Assembly: GCA_965657355.1 (NCBI GenBank)
Contig: CBFHOE010000005.1
Coordinates: forward strand, 220,461 to 234,387
DNA length: 13,927 nt
Origin: Limisphaerales bacterium
GTDB lineage: Bacteria; Verrucomicrobiota; Verrucomicrobiia; Limisphaerales; JAJOIW01
Direction of reading: 5' to 3'
Positions 8,647 to 13,927 of the stretch are shown here, one piece after another. Position 1 is the stretch's first letter; each line of letters opens with the position of its first letter. The translations under genes and the position numbers were made by a program. Below the pieces are notes generated by a model. That model was not told the origin of the DNA, searched no databases, and was given only the letters and a program-made list of their open reading frames with translations.

Positions 8647-9948
8647 ATGAAAACCTACCTGTCATACCCTTGCTTTGCTCTGTTGTTGACAATTGCGACT
8701 TTTCTCAATTCGGAGGCAAACGATAATTGGCCGAATTGGCGCGGCCCGAGCAATCAAGGTCGAATAAGCCAAACAGACCTCCCACTCTCTTGGGGAAAAA
8801 ACAAAAATCTTATTTGGAAATTTAACCTTCCCGACAGAGGAAACTCTACGCCCGTAGTATGGGAAAATAAGATTTTTTTGACCCAGGCAATTGAGAAAAA
8901 AAACCAACGCAACCTCATATGCTTGGACTTGCAATCAGGCAAACAGTTATGGACTGATGGGGTAGCATATGACAAACCTGAAGCAACCCACAGGACAAAC
9001 CCTTATTGCTCGGCCTCTGCAGTTGTGAATGATTCAAAAGTTATCGCTCTTTTTGGATCAGCCGGGCTCGTCTGTTGGGACCATAATGGGAAAAAACTTT
9101 GGGATTATAAGCCCGGAGACCAGACCTATGAGTGGGGCAATGGTTCGTCACCCATCATTTGGAACGACATTTGTATCTTTTACTTCGGACCAGGGCCAGA
9201 AGCTAGAATGATTGCGCTTGATATCAATAACGGAAAGGAATTATGGACTTGGATAGAACCTTCTCACCGACCCGAAAAAAGAACTGATGGGTTCAGAGGA
9301 AATCGAAATGGCATGGTCTGCACCTACAGCTCCCCTGTTATTATGGAACTCGCCGGACAGGATTCAGTGGTCATGCTTTTCCCTGGCTTCATGCGAGGAT
9401 TCAATCCAGAGTCTGGAAAACTACAATGGGAGTCTCCCGGGCTAAACCCTCTCGTCTATTCATCTCCTGTCAGCATAGGTAATACCGTCGTGGGTATGGG
9501 AGGCTATTCAGGAACCACTATTGCCAGCGAAATTAACAAATTCTCCTCACAACCTATCAAACCAAACTGGACAGACGTCAGGACAAAAAACCGCCTCGGC
9601 TCTGCAGTTATTTCCAGCCCAACATTAGGTTTTGTCCTGAATACTCCAGGTTTCTTCGAAGCCTTCAATCCAAAAAATGGGGAAAGTTATTTCCAAGAAA
9701 GATTGCCAGCAGAGGGCCCGAGCCGTGAGTCGTGGTCATCACTCGTTCTTGCCGGAGACAAAGTCTTTTGCTTCAACCAATCGGGCGATACTGTCATCGT
9801 GAGGGCAAGTAAGGAATTTGAGGTTCTTGGAATTAATAGCATTGGAAATGAGCTAACCAATTCATCCCCTGTCGTTGTAAGAGATCGACTTTTACTAAGA
9901 ACCCATAAATCTCTCTGGTGCTTTGGGAATAAACAGAAAAACCTCTGA
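8647..9948 (+). CDS. Secreted PQQ-binding-like beta-propeller repeat protein (BamB-like fold, family expanded in PVC bacteria)
   Basis: 433 aa. A signal peptide is followed by DNWPNWRGP, then repeated blade motifs (GNSTPVVWENKIFLT, CLDLQSGKQLW, GSSPII, ALDINNGKELW, YSSPV) and the typical terminal SSPVVVRDRLLLRTHKSLWCFG. Confidence 0.9.
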   Translation: MKTYLSYPCFALLLTIATFLNSEANDNWPNWRGPSNQGRISQTDLPLSWGKNKNLIWKFNLPDRGNSTPVVWENKIFLTQAIEKKNQRNLICLDLQSGKQLWTDGVAYDKPEATHRTNPYCSASAVVNDSKVIALFGSAGLVCWDHNGKKLWDYKPGDQTYEWGNGSSPIIWNDICIFYFGPGPEARMIALDINNGKELWTWIEPSHRPEKRTDGFRGNRNGMVCTYSSPVIMELAGQDSVVMLFPGFMRGFNPESGKLQWESPGLNPLVYSSPVSIGNTVVGMGGYSGTTIASEINKFSSQPIKPNWTDVRTKNRLGSAVISSPTLGFVLNTPGFFEAFNPKNGESYFQERLPAEGPSRESWSSLVLAGDKVFCFNQSGDTVIVRASKEFEVLGINSIGNELTNSSPVVVRDRLLLRTHKSLWCFGNKQKNL

Positions 9949-10031
9949 ATTTAACTATGCTAATTACTGCCACAAACCAAAGCAGTTTTGTCGCCTAAGC
10001 ACTTGCGGGTAAAATTGGTGTGGAATCTCGT

Positions 10032-11006
10032 TTATTTAACCAGCCTGTATGAAAAAATATTTTCGAGCTTTCCTAACAAGTAACTTTTCCTTCTGCCTTT
10101 CCTCAGCAGAAAATCCTTATTTATGGACGAAAAGTTCTCGACGAACTCTCGACTACCAATCACGACCCCATCTGTAAAATATCGAATCCTAGCCTTCCAC
10201 ATTATATCACCGCTAAGCCGGCTATTTTTATCATAAAACTCTTTGAGTTTTTCTTGTCCAAATCCCTTTCTTTTTTCATTCTGAGCGACACCCACCTTTA
10301 AATAATTCTCTCGATATTTTGATGCAGCAGCATCCCAGTCATCTATTTGCGCGAGGCTTCCCGACAACTTCATTATTCCCGAACGAGCTTTCTCACCACC
10401 CGCAATAGCTTCAGTGTACGAGCACCACCGATAGTCACATGGGTCATCAACAATGCCTGCACGGATAGGATTTAACTCAATATAGGCGGCTACTCTCATC
10501 ATTGCCCCTTCTCTTCCTTCAACCAACACACTTTTGAACCTCTCCTCCCATAATGTGCCCTTCCTTTCATTTCTACGGTTATACCATTTCGAAAATGTGA
10601 GCTTCAGCTCTCTGACGAAAGCTGAAAGATCATACATTCGCCTTCTTTGCCTGTCATAAAATTCTTCCTCAAATTCAATATACCCGCTATCTCTTTTTTG
10701 CTCAATTTCGGCGTCAAATAGTGCCATTCTCCGGTCAGAATAAATGACTTTCATCCTTTCTCTCACTTCCTCAGTGGAAATATCGGCTGGTTTGAGGGGA
10801 ACACGAAGCAACAAATGAAAATGATTCCCCATCAAACAGTAACTCAAAATCTCAAGTCCACTAAACTTCTCTAAACGTCTCATTAAGCCCAAAAAAAAGC
10901 CCTTTTCAGTATCTCCAAATATAAGACGCCTGTCTACAACCCGGCTTATAACATGAAAAATTTGTGGCTGATTTTTCGAGACCAAAGTGTGCCTGTTAAT
11001 GCGCAT
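10032..11006 (-). CDS. HUH-family Y1 tyrosine transposase, REP-associated tyrosine transposase (RAYT/TnpA-REP)-like, long form
   Basis: 324 aa with FHVISRVVDRRLIF, the HUH motif YCLMGNHFHLLL, YNRRNERKGTLWEERFKS, and the catalytic Tyr region AAYIELNPIRAGIV...DYRWCSY. The NPxRAG and YxWSSY-like motifs separate RAYT-type proteins from short IS200 TnpA. Confidence 0.9.
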   Translation of the reverse strand: MRINRHTLVSKNQPQIFHVISRVVDRRLIFGDTEKGFFLGLMRRLEKFSGLEILSYCLMGNHFHLLLRVPLKPADISTEEVRERMKVIYSDRRMALFDAEIEQKRDSGYIEFEEEFYDRQRRRMYDLSAFVRELKLTFSKWYNRRNERKGTLWEERFKSVLVEGREGAMMRVAAYIELNPIRAGIVDDPCDYRWCSYTEAIAGGEKARSGIMKLSGSLAQIDDWDAAASKYRENYLKVGVAQNEKRKGFGQEKLKEFYDKNSRLSGDIMWKARIRYFTDGVVIGSREFVENFSSINKDFLLRKGRRKSYLLGKLENIFSYRLVK

Positions 11007-11012
11007 ATGCCC

Positions 11013-11042
11013 AATTTAACAAGAAATTTGAAATAAAGACAA
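11013..11042 (-). promoter_or_regulatory. Putative sigma70 promoter of the RAYT-like gene, probably leaderless
   Basis: On the minus strand: TTGTCT (11042-11037), an 18-nt spacer ending in TGT (extended -10), TAAATT (11018-11013), 6 nt, then the ATG at 11006. There is no SD sequence. Confidence 0.55.
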
Positions 11043-11067
11043 TAATAATATACCTGGTATTTTATTA
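11043..11067. repeat. 25-bp near-perfect palindrome (operator-like or REP-like site)
   Basis: TAATAATATACC-T-GGTATTTTATTA: 11 of 12 arm positions are complementary around the centre at 11055. Confidence 0.75.
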
Positions 11068-11094
11068 CCGGATGTGAGAAAAGTAAGTAAGACT

Positions 11095-11123
11095 TTGACA
11101 GCGGGGCCGGAATAGGAGACTTT
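11095..11123 (+). promoter_or_regulatory. Putative sigma70 promoter of topB
   Basis: A perfect TTGACA at 11095-11100, a 17-nt spacer, then a weak -10 GACTTT (11118-11123), 38 nt before the ATG. SD-like AGGA lies just before the start codon. Confidence 0.4.
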
Positions 11124-11161
11124 TCGCTGGTAACACCAAATGAAGAGAAAGTAGTTAGGAT

Positions 11162-13726
11162 ATGGGAAAAGCATTGGTAATCGCGGAGAAACCTTCAGTT
11201 GCTAACGACATATCGAAGGCACTGGGCAAATTTGAGAAGAAGAAAGATTACTTTGAAAGTGATGATTATGTCATATCGTCAGCAGTGGGCCATTTGGTAG
11301 AAATAGCAGCACCTGAGAAATATGAGGTTAAACGGGGTAAGTGGTCATTAGCGAACCTGCCTGTGCTACCTCCCCGCTTCGATTTAAGGGCTATAGAGAA
11401 GACCGAGCCGAGATTGAAACTTCTTGGGCGACTGGCACGACGCAAGGATGTAGATACCATTATCAATGCATGTGACGCAGGACGGGAGGGTGAATTAATA
11501 TTTCGCTACATCATTGACTACTTTAAGAACAAAAAACCCACAAAAAGGTTGTGGTTGAGGTCAATGACCCCCACAGCAATAAGAGATGGTTTTGCATCGT
11601 TGCGAGAAGGCATCGAAATGTCGCCATTAGCGGATGCCGCTATGAGTAGGTCGGAATCAGACTGGCTCGTCGGTATTAATGGAACCCGGGCGATGACAGC
11701 ATTCAATAGTAAGACCGGCGGATTTCATCTTACTACAGTTGGGCGTGTTCAAACTCCCACCCTGACAATAGTTGTTGAGCGAGAAGAAAAGATCAAGAAC
11801 CACGTCCCAAGGCCTTACTGGGAGGTTTATGCTACATTTCAATGCGAAAATGGTGAGTATCAAGGCAGGTGGTTTGATAAGGATTTCAAAAAGCCAGGGC
11901 CCGACGGAGACCCACACCTCAAAGCGGAAAGAATTTGGGATGAAGAAAAGGCAAATGCACTCGCCCAAGGTTGCTTAGAAAAAATTGGAATTGTTGAAGA
12001 AAAGAAAAAGCCCTCCAAGCAGGCATCACCTTTACTGTATGATCTTACATCCCTTCAGAGAGAAGCCAACTCCAGGTTTGGAATAGCAGCGGCGAATACG
12101 TTGAAAATTGCTCAAGCCCTATATGAGCGCCATAAAGTTCTAACTTATCCGAGAACCGATTCACGAGCATTACCCGAGGATTACGTCGGCACTGTTAAAA
12201 AGACAATGAAAATGCTCACTGGTGATGGATCAAGCGCAAGAGCAACATTAAGCAACTGGGTATTTGAAAACTACAGAAATTATGCGGACGAAGTATTGGA
12301 GAAGAATTGGGTTGTTCCAAATAAGCGCATCTTCAATAACTCAAAAGTGTCGGACCACTTTGCTATAATACCGACGACTTTAGCACCTAAAAAATTAAGT
12401 GAGCCGGAACAAAAAATATACGACATGGTTACCCGGCGATTCCTAGCCATCTTCTTTCCAAGCGCAGAATACGAAATCACCACGAGGATTACTTCAGTTG
12501 AGTCTGAACCGTTCAAAACAGAAGGGAAGATTTTAGTAAATCCCGGCTGGTTGAAAGTTTATGGCAAAGGAACATCTCCTAAAACTACTGGTAAAGACGG
12601 CGAGCAGGAGAACCTCCCAGCCGTCCAACAGGGTGAATCGGTAAAAACTAAAGAACTCGACATCATTGAGAACGAAACCAAGCCACCACCGAGATATTCA
12701 GAAGCAACACTCCTATCAGCAATGGAAGGTGCAGGAAAGTTGGTTGATGACGAGGAACTTCGGGAAGCAATGAGTGCCAATGGCCTTGGAACACCAGCGA
12801 CCCGCGCAGCAATAATTGAAGGTTTGCTGAGAGAAAAGTATCTCATCAGAGATCAGAGAGAATTAATCCCCTCAGCCAAAGCCTTTTCATTAGTCTTTCT
12901 TATTAGGGCCCTAGAAATCCCGGGTCTAAGCTCTCCTGAGTTGACTGGCAATTGGGAATACCAACTCAAACAAATCGAGGGCGGCCACCTTCCTCGAGGT
13001 GAGTTCATGGATCAGATTTATAAGATGACCCAGGAAATTGTCGAGAAAACCAAGCAGTATGAAAGTGACACTGTTCCTGGAGACTTTGGCACATTGAAAA
13101 ACCCGTGCCCCAAGTGTGGAGGGGTCGTCAAAGAAAACTACAAAAAATTTCAATGCCAAAATTGCGATTTTGGGACTTACAAAATCATGAGTGGTAGACA
13201 ATTAGAAATTCACGAGATGGAAGAGCTTGTCACCAAGAAAATCGTTGGTCCAATTGAAGGGTTTAGAAGTCGCCTAGGCAGAGAATTTAGTGCCGAGTTA
13301 AAGATTGATGAGGAATTTAAGGTCGTCTTTAATTTTGGCCAAGATGATTCAGATGAATCCTCTCAGGAATCCATAGACTTCAGCCAGCTCACACCACTTG
13401 GTGATTGCCCGAAATGTAAACAAAAGGTTTATGAAGTAGGACGGGCCTACATTTGCGAAAATGGCACAGGCAAAGGAAAAAACAAAAAGTGTGATTTTCG
13501 AGCTTCCAAGATTATTTTAGAGCAATCTATTGAGCCAGAGCAAATTTCAAAGCTACTGAACAATAAAAAAACAGATCTATTGCCCAAGTTTATTTCCCGT
13601 AAAACCAAAAGAGCATTTTCTGCATTTCTTGTTTTAAAAGAAGGTGGAGAAATCGGATTTGAGTTTGCACCTAGAGAGCCAAAAAAGAAAAAGGCTATCA
13701 AAATTACAGCAGAAACAAAAAAGTAG
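11162..13726 (+). CDS. topB: DNA topoisomerase III (type IA)
   Basis: 854 aa. TOPRIM motifs LVIAEKPS and NACDAGREGELIF, then GRVQTPTL, catalytic LTYPRTDS, DHFAIIPT and GLGTPATRA. The C-terminus has two Zn-ribbon-like Cys clusters (CPKC...C..C) alternating with topoisomerase C-terminal repeats (GFRSRLGREFSAEL; FISRKTKRAFSAFL). Confidence 0.93.
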   Translation: MGKALVIAEKPSVANDISKALGKFEKKKDYFESDDYVISSAVGHLVEIAAPEKYEVKRGKWSLANLPVLPPRFDLRAIEKTEPRLKLLGRLARRKDVDTIINACDAGREGELIFRYIIDYFKNKKPTKRLWLRSMTPTAIRDGFASLREGIEMSPLADAAMSRSESDWLVGINGTRAMTAFNSKTGGFHLTTVGRVQTPTLTIVVEREEKIKNHVPRPYWEVYATFQCENGEYQGRWFDKDFKKPGPDGDPHLKAERIWDEEKANALAQGCLEKIGIVEEKKKPSKQASPLLYDLTSLQREANSRFGIAAANTLKIAQALYERHKVLTYPRTDSRALPEDYVGTVKKTMKMLTGDGSSARATLSNWVFENYRNYADEVLEKNWVVPNKRIFNNSKVSDHFAIIPTTLAPKKLSEPEQKIYDMVTRRFLAIFFPSAEYEITTRITSVESEPFKTEGKILVNPGWLKVYGKGTSPKTTGKDGEQENLPAVQQGESVKTKELDIIENETKPPPRYSEATLLSAMEGAGKLVDDEELREAMSANGLGTPATRAAIIEGLLREKYLIRDQRELIPSAKAFSLVFLIRALEIPGLSSPELTGNWEYQLKQIEGGHLPRGEFMDQIYKMTQEIVEKTKQYESDTVPGDFGTLKNPCPKCGGVVKENYKKFQCQNCDFGTYKIMSGRQLEIHEMEELVTKKIVGPIEGFRSRLGREFSAELKIDEEFKVVFNFGQDDSDESSQESIDFSQLTPLGDCPKCKQKVYEVGRAYICENGTGKGKNKKCDFRASKIILEQSIEPEQISKLLNNKKTDLLPKFISRKTKRAFSAFLVLKEGGEIGFEFAPREPKKKKAIKITAETKK

Positions 13727-13745
13727 AACTCTCAATGTATATTTC

Positions 13746-13783
13746 AAAAGAGGTTTTCTGAGTGTCAGACGACCTCTTTTTTT
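13746..13783 (+). terminator. Intrinsic terminator after topB, possibly bidirectional
   Basis: AAAAGAGGT-TT-TCTGA-GTG-TCAGA-CG-ACCTCTTTT followed by TTT. This is a long stem with one G-U pair and one mismatch, a T7 tract on the plus strand and an A4 tract at the 5' side, starting 20 nt after the topB stop. Confidence 0.8.
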
Positions 13784-13927
13784 ATCGATACAATTCTAGA
13801 GGGTCTAGTTTGAATGGTTACCTCATGGGCGCCCGCAAACATCATAAAGAGTCTTCATTCACTTAATGCATTTATGACGTTTAAATGAATTGATCCGTCC
13901 AAAATAAGCACTCCATTTATGACAGGC

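Noticed and set aside
8647..9948. bamB or a true PQQ dehydrogenase gene call
   Set aside because: There is no lipobox or bam/der gene context, and the WPxWRGP start marks the expanded PVC paralog family. Only the fold can be assigned.
9949..11161. Complete IS200/IS605 element or CRISPR-like array around the transposase
   Set aside because: There is no tnpB, no matching left and right end hairpins, and no repeated units.
11266..13701. Series of antisense and alternative-frame ORFs within topB
   Set aside because: They have no motifs and are explained by the codon bias of the sense gene. The same applies to the nested ORFs in the sulfatase, cytochrome c and PQQ-propeller genes.
13869..13923. 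10-bp direct repeat CATTTATGAC (13869-13878 and 13914-13923) as a possible array start
   Set aside because: There are only two short copies at the window edge. The 45-bp spacing is in frame with a possible minus-strand gene tail (PVING...VINALSE*), which is itself too short to call.

Overview
A bacterial chromosomal window of moderate GC, most likely from a PVC-superphylum organism (Verrucomicrobiota/Planctomycetota-like gene content; this is an inference). On the minus strand, left to right: a bi-domain oxidoreductase (MDR plus Gfo/Idh/MocA) that runs off the left edge and is absent from the ORF track, a MazG-like nucleotide pyrophosphohydrolase, a secreted Cys-type sulfatase, and a 1269-aa PVC-type beta-propeller/HEAT/cytochrome c protein with an extra N-terminal DUF6807-like domain. 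Then follow a plus-strand PQQ-like beta-propeller protein, a minus-strand HUH Y1 (REP-associated type) tyrosine transposase, and a divergent DNA topoisomerase III with an intrinsic terminator. The most notable locus is the solo RAYT-like gene. It has no visible REP cluster or tnpB, appears to be transcribed leaderlessly, has a 25-bp near-perfect palindrome abutting its -35 box, and sits head-to-head with topB. I see no CRISPR array, rRNA or tRNA, and nothing that the sequence alone proves to be a new system.
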